DNA of 64,000 nucleotides, from contig NC_087251.1 in NCBI RefSeq assembly GCF_037042905.1, positions 41,418,001 to 41,482,000 of the forward strand, read 5' to 3'. Positions 13,157 to 25,200 of the stretch are shown here, piece after piece (positions within the stretch are counted from its first letter, which is position 1; each line of letters opens with the position of its first letter). Origin of the DNA: Lytechinus pictus (taxonomy: Eukaryota). The notes under the pieces are model-generated. The model was not told the DNA's origin. It did no database searches and was given only the letters and a program-made list of their open reading frames with translations. A program made the translations under genes and the position numbers.

Positions 13157-13246
13157 ATGGATTGGGGTGAAAGTGGTCAAGTGGATGAGCTGGAAAGCAG
13201 CTTCAGCGATCTTGGATTGGAAAGGTCGATCACAAGTGGATTAAAG
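13157..13246 (+). CDS. PPP4R4: PPP4R4 coding exon 1 (MDWGESGQVDELESSFSDLGLERSITSGLK)
   Basis: ATG in ACCATGG context; donor AAG|GTAAGT; 90 nt, phase 0. Confidence 0.9.
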
Positions 13247-16200
13247 GTAAGTCAAATGTTTTTGACTGTTTGAATTGAGTGTTTGACTTGAGACAAGTGG
13301 TGGAGCTTTTTTTTTAAAACTTAAATTAAAAGTAGGATGGGGGGTCGGGTGTCCGGACACTTTATATTTTTGAAGCCTTCTTTTTTGTCTTTGGATTACA
13401 CTAAAATATGAATTCAATAGTTATAATCATCTTCGATTTTGTTCTCTCTAATATTTCCTAACATTTTCTACTAAAAATTTATGAAACTTTGCTTGTATTT
13501 TTTGTAAATTTTTCCAAATGACTTTCTATAATTGATCGTCCGGACACACAACCTGTACGGACACACAACAACTGGGGATATAAAACACATTTGGGAATCC
13601 TGATTTTTATGGTTGGAAAAGTAGAGTAGTCTAGCTCTTCATACATACCATTCAAATTATGGCTTTATTCCACTAAATTTTCAAACAGGATCGAGTGTGT
13701 GTGTGATGACCATAGAGATAGACATCAATAAATTTATTTAGTCTGAAAAATGAAATTTCTTTTGCCTTTGGTCTGAACTTCTGAAGCCTAAACTAGTTGA
13801 CTTATTGTTTTATAAAAAGAAATATAATTGCTTGAAAAGGACTAAAAAAGCGGCTTACCTTTAGAATCCAATGTCATGAATTGAAGTGTGATGCCTCGTT
13901 CTAACAACACTACAGTGCAGTGTGTATCCATGCTCTCATAATCGATTAGAATCTATGACATTGGATTGTAATGTAAAGGCTAAGCCGCTAAAGCTACTCA
14001 TAAAAGCTTCCGCTATCACTATTGGCATTCTCTTGCTAGCATAGTGGTCAGAGATCTTTCTCGAAGTTCCATCGACATGAGTTTGAGTCCTAACTAAGGT
14101 AAATTACGTTAAAAAAAAAAAGGTTTTGACTTTCAAGATTGAAACCAGAAGTGAGTAGGCTACACCAGAAGTCTCAATAAGTTTGGGGGGATGTGGGTAC
14201 TACATACCAAATATGGTGATGTGACCTTAATTCGCGCGTTACATAATTTTGCACACCGGCACGGTTGAACATCTTTATAAAGAGATATCACCAACAGAAA
14301 AAGCAACCCAAAATTACTCGGTATGGTAATTTTCTTGTAGGTGAGGTCTCAATTTGTGAAAATATTTGCAAAACATCGGCAAATTTTGTTACCTTTAGCA
14401 TCTGCTCTGAGAAAATCCGATCTTCTTGACAAGCATCAGTTTGCAAGCAGAGGTCTCCAAATAAGTCTGGTACATATGTATTTATGATTTTGATTAATTT
14501 TGTGTGAACTGTGATAATTTTTTTATTGAAAATCTACTTCATGAATCATGATAATTTTCAAAGTGTGTGCAAATTATGGTCACCCCATCATACATGTATG
14601 GAACTCTTCCCTAATGCGAACACTTATGGTTTTGCTGAAATATCAAAGCTAAGAAGTCTACATGTAACGGTATGTGTTCAATGTTACAATTTAAAATGTT
14701 TTGAAGAAAAAGCACAATTTTTAGGCATGACTTAAGATGTTGATTGGTTCAATTTCATTTGTATTTTCTCTGACAGACTGCTGAAGAAATAGAAAGTTTA
14801 ACTGTTGATGAACATTTGGGAGATATTGACAGAGCAGTCTTTTTACTGAGGTAAGTACTAAGAACTCATATAGGTCTAGATCTAGGCTATGTATTTAGAT
14901 GTCATTAAACAAAAATATTTTTTGAATACATTGTATGGCTTTGAGTTTTGCTTCTTATTTAAGGTATATAGTATATTTTATCATTTTGGACCAGGCTAGC
15001 TTTTAATTCAGGATTCTTGTACAGACGGACATTTAACATTTTAGTTGTTGGTAGACTGGAAATTCATCAAAATATATACATCAATGCAAGTTAGACCGAT
15101 ATTTACTAAGGACATTGTACATAGGTAACTGTCAGATTTGGTAGTATAAGGGAACATTAGCTCCCAAGGTTAGGGAGCTGTTTTTTTATATTTTTTTTTA
15201 TTTGGGGACAATTTTTCACAACTTACTGCCTAAATCTGCAAGGAGCTTCTCTAGATTCATTCTTGAAATGATAGAAGCACTGGCTGAAGTAGGCACCATG
15301 CTTTATACAGTGTAAATAAAATGAAATGAACTGCTCAGCAGATTATAGGGGGAAACAATAATTTGCTGCATTTGAAGGTACCATAGGGGTGATTCTACTG
15401 GAACACAGTTGGTGCCTTCGTGACATTACATTTTACTTGTCAATCTCGTTGGTGTCAATTTTACAAGGGTCAGACTTCTACAATCAAAGCTATAAAAGTA
15501 ATTCACTGGGAAAAGCTGTAGAATGTATATTGTGAATGCAATACATAATTTTTTTTAATGTACAGACAAAGACTAAAAAGTTTTAAGTGGAAAAATTAAT
15601 TATATAGCTACTTGGTCGCATGATCATTGTTGTATGGATATTATAGAGAATTACCGGTAGTGTTTATGATGTGCAATCAATCATTCAAATACATGTAGGT
15701 CTATGGTACAAAACTACATGTAATGTACATTACTCTCAGAATGTTGCATTATGGGTTGAACACCTGCCCAGATTTACAGTGGTTGACGAGTTGAGGTGGT
15801 GCTAACCAAGGCTACTGGCTCGTATTTTAGTAAGAGAGTAAGAGTCACATCTGGGGCCTGTCTTACAAAGACTTGCCATTGATCCAATCAATCGCAACTA
15901 TGGAAAGCCAGCAAAGTCATCATATAAAATGCATGTTTGCTCAATTTTTTTTCTAGATATGAATGTATATCCATGAATTCATTGATTTCTTGACAGTTTG
16001 GTGTGTTCTCCTTTGATTACAAAGGACATTTTGCACATTTCCTGTAGAAAAAATTATGACACTGATGGATTTCCATAGAGTTTGTAAGATGCGGCCCTGA
16101 AGTTGAATTTGAATTTAAAACTTTATTACCCCCAAAATGTACAAAGACACTTATTATTGGTGTACAGATTATAAAATGATATAGAGGGGACAACCAAGTA

Positions 16201-19200
16201 GCAAAAGGTGCTAATCAAGTGTGGCACCCTATACATATACATGTATCTCTGCAGGGTGCTACATAACTTTTTAGAAGCACTTTCCCAGTCGGGCAAGTAA
16301 ATTTTTAAATAGTTGGAATATACTTGCCCCAAAATCTTTTTCACTTGCCCGAAAAAAATCCTTGAAAAAAAAGTTTTACCTCTTCAAAAAAAGTTTTGCT
16401 GTTTTATAAACCATTGACCTTTTTCTCTCTTTTGACATGAACTGATCTACCTTGTTATTGCATTTCTTTTTCCAAAGTGATTTTATCTTGCCTGCCATGA
16501 CCAAAATTGAGGTCAATATCATACATTGTATATCGTCCCTAATTTTGGTCATTCTACTGTGAGAATTTTGCTTGCCAAATTCGGGCAAGTAGTTTTGGTC
16601 TTTACTTCAAAACACTTGCCCGACTCTAACTTCTACTTGCCCCGGGCAAGTGCTTATGTAGCACCCTGAAATAGTGGTTACATGCTTATTATCTAAAGAC
16701 CACATTCAATAAACTGACCAAATCAATGAGTGTACTGGGCACAACAAATTATAATGATTAAAAAAAAAAAACATATACATTCATGTGTACATTATAAAAA
16801 TCTTTTATTCATTTTCATTAATTTCTTGCATGGTATTCTTTGTGCATTTTCTAGAGGCTGGAGCTAGAGGGCATCAGGAATTTGTTTTCTTGGGCCAAAA
16901 AGTTGGAGATTAGCTTAAACATGCAATAATCAGGGTTGGGCTCAATTAATTTCTTCAATTACAATTACAATTATGTAAAATGAAGAAAATCAAGAAATGT
17001 TCAATTACATTTACTTTTCAATTGAATTACATTTTTTTCAATTACCTTTTAATACCAATCACCTTTGTCAATTACAATTACAATTTCAATTACCTGTACT
17101 TTTTATAAAAGTCATAAATGAATTCACTTTGTATTCTGTTTGTATAAGCACTGCCTACAGTACCAGCCACAATTCTTTGACTACATGTACCTTTTTACCT
17201 GTTTCACCAGAGAACAATAGATTCAGTGGACTGAATATATTGTTCTCTGGTGAAACAGGTAAACAGGTAGTCAATTACATTCAATTACTTTACAATAAAC
17301 TTACTTAATCTAGAATTTGATTTATTGACCTAATTCATGTCAACTGCTTCAGCATCAAAGAGTGTAATACAATGTAGAACAGAATCCAGACTCTAACATA
17401 AACCTTCATCTTATCAGATTTTCTGTAACTTAGAATTATGTTGAAATATTTCCTACATTGTATTACACTCTTGATGCTGAAGCAGTTGACATGAAATAGG
17501 TCAATAAATCAAATTCTAGATGAAGTAAGTTTATTGTAAAGTAATTAAAAGTAGTTGGCCATTTTTTTCAATTACAATTACTTTCCCTTCCAAAATTTCA
17601 AATACCGGTACAATTACAATTACTAAAAAAAATGTAATTAATTATGTAATTGATCATTTACCTTGTAATTGAGCCCAACCGTGGCAATGATATTTTTTAA
17701 ATTGATTTATTGAGCACGATTTTGTGCTCAGGTCAGGGTTGTGTTTTAAGATGGGTTGTTGATAAACTGTCTTTTTGCTGTCAATGACATTCCCTTTTGT
17801 TTTTTTTTGGTATAATATGGTACATAGTCAAAGAAAAAGGGTTTTTTAATATTACATAAAGAAAGGAAAAGCAGAGAAAGAGTGAGTAGCTTGAGATTAT
17901 GCCAAGTACAAGTTTAGAACTAAGTCCTTAGAGAAATTGATTAATTTGATTTACAGTTTTAGGTTTGATATTATCATGGGAGGGGGGGGGGGGCTAGCAA
18001 TTAATTTTTATTTTACATGTAGAAACAAGTGCCAAGATTTCTTCTTTAAATGCCACAGTCTTATTCACTTTATGAACATTTCTGAAAGATTGTACAAGAA
18101 AATTAATCTTTTTTGTGATTGGTAGTCCACATTAATCAGAGTAGACAAATGCCAATTAATAAAGAATATCATAAGTTTCCATCCAAAATCACTGAAATTA
18201 TAACAGTAAGCCTATGATTATTTGTAATCTGACTCCAATACAGTTGTACTCGTATATGATATTTTGTATTTCTTCTTGTAACTTGGAGATTTTAAAATAC
18301 TTGGCCTCATTAATTAGAAAGCCTCATCCGCATACACATGTGCATGTACATTGTATTTGGTGATCTTTTGTCTAGCTCTTCAATTCTAAATGATAAGTAT
18401 GGCATTTTATGAAGTGCTTGTAGTTTGTATTTTCACCATGTGGTAATTTTAGTATAATGATACAGTTACACTGTAATGTGAAACAATAAGGATATATATT
18501 GTGCTTAAATGTAATTCTATAATTCTAGAATTTAATAGAAAGTGACAATTGATGTTATGGGTTTAAACCATACAGTCCACATATTGGTGGAATGTCAGTT
18601 GTGCTCAAAAGTTAATAGTGAACCCCACCACAAAATGCACTATGTTATGCTTAGTGTGGAATGTAGACAGCAACACTACAATGTTCGGAGAGCCCAGAGA
18701 AACAAACATTATTGAATGTAATATTTCATCTGACTTCACAATTAAATATCTAAAACATGGTAGAACTTGAACTGATTTTCTGGTAAGGTTCACTAACTTT
18801 TTAGCACCATTGTACATGTACATGTATGTACTGTAAATGTACAGTTGCATGTAAAGATTTTTTTCTCTCTTTTTCTTTTGTCCAAGAAATGAAAGGCTGG
18901 AATATTTTGAAGGGCAGCCAGCGTACCACAAGTTCTATTCTTGTTTTAAAGAAACCAAAATAGAAAGTGATAAATCTGTGTAGTAGGTTATATGTGTTTA
19001 CTTTCTTAGTTCTTGTGCATCAACAACAAATCCATGTAAACCACCATCTTACAACATGTAATGTATACATAGTGATCATTAGCAAGGAATGGTCATGTAG
19101 TTTCAAAAGCTGAATAGTAGGGTACTCTTGAGATATGTTTGTGCTGAAAATGATAAAGCCCTTCTGTTTCTGAAAGGCTTTACACTTTGTTTTATTTTGA

Positions 19201-22200
19201 ACAATCCTGATAATCGATATTAAAGACCAATGACCCTTTAGGACCAACACCTTATGTTGAATGGTATTGATCTGTTCAACTGTCACCTCTTGTTTCAAGG
19301 GCGAGTTCTTTCAAGTGAGACAATCAATTTGCATAATCATCTCATGGTCTGTATTTGATCAAAGAGATGAAAAGAAAATGATGTCAATACACAAGCTTGG
19401 CACATTTGTTGTATTTCACATGCTACATACAAAGATTTGACTTTGTTCCAAACTGACAATATTAAAGGCAGGGACGGATCCTGGATTTTCCAAAGGGGGG
19501 GGGGGGCAAATTTTTATGAGGAAATTAAGGATATTTCATCCCAAAAAAATTTGACAAGCCAAAAAAAGGTCTTCAAGTTCAAAAGAGGGGCACACCTCTG
19601 TTTTCATGGCATTTTTACATTACAAATTTTAATTTTGCTTCTCAAAAAAGGGGGGGGGGGCATGTGCCCCCTGTGCCCCCCTGGATCCACGCCTGATTAA
19701 AGGGGACCCAAAAAAAATCACCATATGAATGTTACATTTAGTTCATATGATTTGATTATTATGATTTATGTCTATCCCTCTTCTACATGGAGTTGGTTTC
19801 TACTTTTGGTATTCCCTAAATTGCCCTAATAAGGTTCATAAGGTAGTATTTATTGTCCAGATAAATAAATAAGTGGAAATTTGCATTTTTACATGGTATT
19901 GAACATACATAACATAGCATAGAAAATGAACATATTTACAGAAAATCAAACAATCACATATAGTCACTTATGATATACACGTGCAAATGCTACCCACTGG
20001 GTAGCATTTGAAAAAATACTGTTATTGACATTAAAATTAAGATTGAAATGGAAATCTGAACTGAAAGTTAGATATCGGAAATTGAATTGAAATTACATTA
20101 GAATTGTAATAAATCAGTACTATAAATCTTCACAGCATTGTCCACTTGTAATTGTTATTGTTATCAGTATTTACATATTATTTTTATTTTCAATTTTGTT
20201 GTTTTAAGGAATTAACATCAACTACCTGACAAGGTAAATTTACATTATTAGGCATATTATTATTCTTACATAATCCCTTCCTCATTCAGCATTCGGATTG
20301 AGCTTGGCACGAATGAGTTTAAGAACCTATTTGTTCGACAACGTGCTGACCGTAGTCTATTACCAGATCTCATCCTTTCGTAGTTTACATTCAATGGGTG
20401 ATCATTATTGTATAGTATTTCTTTTGCCTTTTCAAGTATTCTGTTTCGACATACATCAGTGAGGTTTAGGTCGTGTCCAGTTATTTTTTTCTGCTTGTCT
20501 GACCATTCTACTTAGTATATTCAGATCTTTTTTGCGACAGCTTGTGAACCAAACCACACAATCAAATATGAGGATGCTTTCAATAAGTGATCTATAGAAT
20601 AAAACCATTATGGTGCGGTCAACATGGAATGACTTCAATTTTCTTATGAAATACATCCTTTGTATTGCCTTCTTGTAAATTGAATTGCATTGTTCTCCCC
20701 ATTTTAATCCATCGTCAATAATGGTACCTAAGTATTTGAACTTATGAACTATTTCAATTTCCTCTTCATTGATTCTAACACGACAATCACTTGGTTCTAC
20801 TTGTTTATTATTTCTAAAGTCAAATATCATTTCTCTGGTTTTTGTTGCATTGAGATCTAAGAAATTGTCATTACACCAGTCGGTAAACCATTTTACACAG
20901 TTTAGATACTCAAGTTCACATTCCTTAATTAGACCAACTATAACTGTGTCATCTGCGTATTTGAGAATAGAGACATTTTGAGAAAGGTAACGACAGTCAT
21001 TGGTATATAGAACAAATAGGATTGCAGAGAGCACACAGCCCTGGGGTGAACCTGTATTCGTTACTATGGGATCGCTCAAAGCATCTTGGACGCGCACGCG
21101 CTGGATTCTATTCCGAAGAAAGTCAGTTAGCCATAAAATTAGGGACGGTTTCACATCCAGACATTTCAGCTTCTCGACAAGTCGATGGGGTTGAATAGTG
21201 TTAAATGCGGACGAAAAGTCAACAAACAAAGTGCGAGCGTACGATTTCTTTTCATCTGTGTGCTTGCAGAGAATATGTGTCAAATAAAGAATCGCATCTT
21301 GAACGGACTTCTTTGGCTGATAGGCGTACTGATGGGGGTCAACCAGGTGCTTTATGGGTTGGAGAATATACTTCAGTATAATTCGTTCTAGGCACTTCAT
21401 CGCTATTGAAGTCAATGCTACTGGACGATAGTCGTTATGTTCAGAGGGGCGGGGCTTTTTTGCTACCGGGATAACAATGGAAGACTTCCAGCAAAGGGGT
21501 ATCACTTGTTTATCTAACGACATTTGGAACAAAACGCAAAACGGCAATGCCAGTTCTCTCGAGCAATTACGTAGTACCTTTCCGGTAATTAGATCGGGCC
21601 CGGATGCCTTCCTTGGATTGATTCTATTGAATTGGACTAATACATCTCTTTCTTTAATCTTAACAGTATCATCTCGAGAGTCAGTTAATTCAGCTATCTG
21701 TCCGTCTATTATATCACTGAAGTTATGGGTATCAAACCGTCCGTAGAACCTATTAAGTTCATTTGCAATCTTAAAAGGGTCATCAACATTCGCGAGTGAT
21801 TGATCTCTTTTGGGAACATAGTCGGTCATTGATTGCAAACACTGCCACGCTGCTCGCGGATTATTATTTTGAAAGTGATTTTCGAGCTTTCTTCGGTAGT
21901 CTCGTTTCGCTCTGTTTATTTCCTGACGCAGTCTAGCGTGAAACGACTTTACGGTTAGTCGATCACCGGCATCGAATGCTTCCTTTCTTGCTTTGATGAT
22001 TCCTTTAATATCTTTAGTAATCCAGGGTTTACTATTTGGGTACACCTTAATCGTTTTACTTTGTATATGTAAATCCTGACAAAAGACGATGTAGTCATTA
22101 ACTGCACTTGTAATTTCGTTTATGTCGTCCGAAGCTTCAAAGAACACATTCCAATCAGTTATTTGAAAGCACGTTTTGAGGTTGTCAATTGTTTCATTAT

Positions 22201-25200
22201 TCCACACTTGTACCACTCGTTTCTGTACTTTTTGCGTTTTAAGTTTCTGCCGATATTTTGGTAGCAAGTGTATTACGTTATGATCCGAAAGTCCTATTCC
22301 AGGTCGAATTACGGTCTTATAGGAATCTTTAACAGAACAATAACATCTATCCAATATATTCCCTTCTCGTGTCGGCTTGTCAATTACTTGACAATAGTTC
22401 GGCAACATAGCTTCCAGTCTACAGTGATTAAAATCACCGAGTACAATTTTGGGGGAGTCCCGTGATTCAGCTTCCATCTCCCTAACTTTATTTTGAATAA
22501 GCTGTTCTGCTTCATTTTGATTAGCATCGGGAGCAATGTAGACCAGAAATAAATGAACTTGGGGAAATTCTCTGGGCAAGTAGAACGGGCGAAGTGACAC
22601 ACATAGCATTTCCAGATTTTCGTTGCATATAGAATTTTTAATTGTAAAGTTCGTACACCATCTATCATTTACATAGAGACATATCCCACCACCGCGTCTT
22701 TTCTTGGTTTGTTGAAATGAACGATCCAATCTCGCTACATTAAAACCATCTATTCGTATACAATCGTCATTAATGTCAGGGTTTAGCCATGTCTCTGTAA
22801 AACATATTATACTCGAATTCCGGAAATCATTAATGTAACTTGTTAGGGCTTGAATCTCATCCAGTTTATTGTACAGTGAACGGACGTTGCTTAGTGTAAT
22901 TGCAGGTAATGGGGGTCTGTTTCCCCTTTTCCGAATTCTGTTGCGGATCCCTCCGCGTTTCCCTCTCCGCTTTTGCTGAGGTATGCCATTATCATCCTCG
23001 CGGGTCGGTGTCCATTCTGGGAGATTCAATGGGCTAGACTTGGACGTTGTGTAGTCGGCTAGGTAATACAAGTATTCTCGCGAATACTTGATAGTAGTAG
23101 TCTGTCCGGGTGATGCATATACATGACTATTTTGTGGTAGAACGATTACGAAAAGTAGCACAAAACATACCCAGATGCACGAGATGGATTTGACGAACAT
23201 GATGACATAAACATAACTTCAAAGACAAATCACGAAATCCGGAAAATAAGCGACAAAAACAGAGACAAAATACCATGTAACAGGTCGCCGTAGTACAGCG
23301 CCCTAAGAATGATTTATGTCTATCCCTCTTCTACATGGAGTTGGTTTCTACTTTTGGTATTCCCTAAATTGCCCTAATGTCACTGGCCCACATATGAAAA
23401 TGGAGGTAAAAAAAGGCTTTACCTCCATGATATGAACATATATATCCCGAAACTTGTACATGTATGATGTGGATGATAGAGAATTTCTAGATGCACATGT
23501 ACTGTACAGTGTCTGTTACAATTTTACAGGAATTATCATTTGGCGAGGTGCCATGTCAAAATAAAAGTATGTGAATGTAATTTTTACCAGTATATAAAAC
23601 CACATACAAGTGTGGATTTGGCTGAAAATGTCAGGATGTATTTTCAGGTATACAATCACTATCTCTGTAAGATAAGTGTTCCAAAATGTTTTTATTTTTA
23701 AAAAAGAGAAATAAAAAAACAGTACCAAGAGCTAAAAAGAGCGCTACATAGATATCCAGAAATTCAAAATTCATTTTTTTCTCAAAGAATCAACAGCTTA
23801 AAAGCTATTCAACAGCCACTGCAATGTTATTAAGATTGGAATGCAAGATGAAAGTGAAGAATAATTCACATTGTTGACCATTATGATAACAAAGCTTTAG
23901 ATGGGCTTTCATATTTTGTCACTTTAGAGCACATCCACACAAAGTTAACTACATGTAAATGTTAATCATCTTGTTTTCTTTTACTTTTGGTGAATTTGCA
24001 TTTTCTGTCAGGACCTTTAACACATGATGCAGCTACTTTGAATCGAAATATATTCTCTATCTCAAAGTCTTATATCTACATGTGTTTGTGAAAATCACAA
24101 AGTGCTACTTCATATTAAAGTAAAAACTGTCTTTTTCATGATGATAAAAACATTCACAGACATAGAAAAGTATATGTTGGCTCAGTTGGAATAAACTAAA
24201 TAAATAATCTATAAAATGGAAAAAGGACTGTGATATGTTTGTTGGTAAGGGTTTGGCATTCAAATAGGCAGCTTATCCACACTCAGCATACTTGTTGAAG
24301 CTGGTATAGGGCTTTCTGCGACATCATTGGAGCGTCAAACCCGCCTTTGAAATGACAGCCCCATTGATACTAGGTATTCTCATTGTTCACAATAATCAAT
24401 ACCATCCCATTTCACCTGTAGAAATACAATGCTACTTGACTCTATTCAGATTCTTCATAATCAACTGGAGGTACTTCTTGGATATTAAAGTGTGTGACCT
24501 CATGAAAATAATACCTGGTGGGTGTTTCATAAAGCTGTTCGTAAGTTAAGAGCGACGTTAAGAATGACTGGTCAACCTCTCTTATGCACTATATAATCAC
24601 CAATGAACATTTAATGGTTAATATCATTTACCACAAAAAAGGATCACCAGTCATTCTTTAAGTCACTCTTAACTAACGAATAGCTTTATGAAACAGCCCC
24701 AGATGCAGTCTGAGTGAGAATGAAATGAACATAAATGCCCAACTGAGATGGCAATTTAGATTTATTTTCATCTTTCATGATTGAGACCTTGGTCTCGTAA
24801 AACAAATTGAATCGTACACTTGATTTTTACAATTGATTTTTACGATTGATCATACATTGTAGTCAATGCAATCAATCTTTAAAAAATTGGTTCTACGACC
24901 ATTGCTAAGCTTTGAGTTACGGGCCCCTGGTGCCTGCATGTTTTCTTTAAATATTACAAACATGCTCGTGATCTACAAAAACTGAAACAAAATCCTCCTT
25001 GATATTTCCTGTAATCTTGTCCTTTTCAATTTGGGTATACAGTAAATTAAACTTGCATTTTTATAAGTCAGTATTATATGAGTCAAATATTCACCAAAGT
25101 CGAACCCATTTTGGAGACGAGGGCCCTGTCTTACAAAGAGATGCGATTGATCCGATCGACCAAAACGATAGAAAGCCAGCAACGCCAACATCTCAATGCA

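Noticed and set aside
16376..16588. Duplicated small protein gene (with 36549-36788)
   Set aside because: Both ORFs lie within copies of one MITE, use non-ATG starts and differ by indels.
20769..22668. Short ORFs overlapping the LINE
   Set aside because: Antisense or alternate-frame shadows of the APE-RT ORF.
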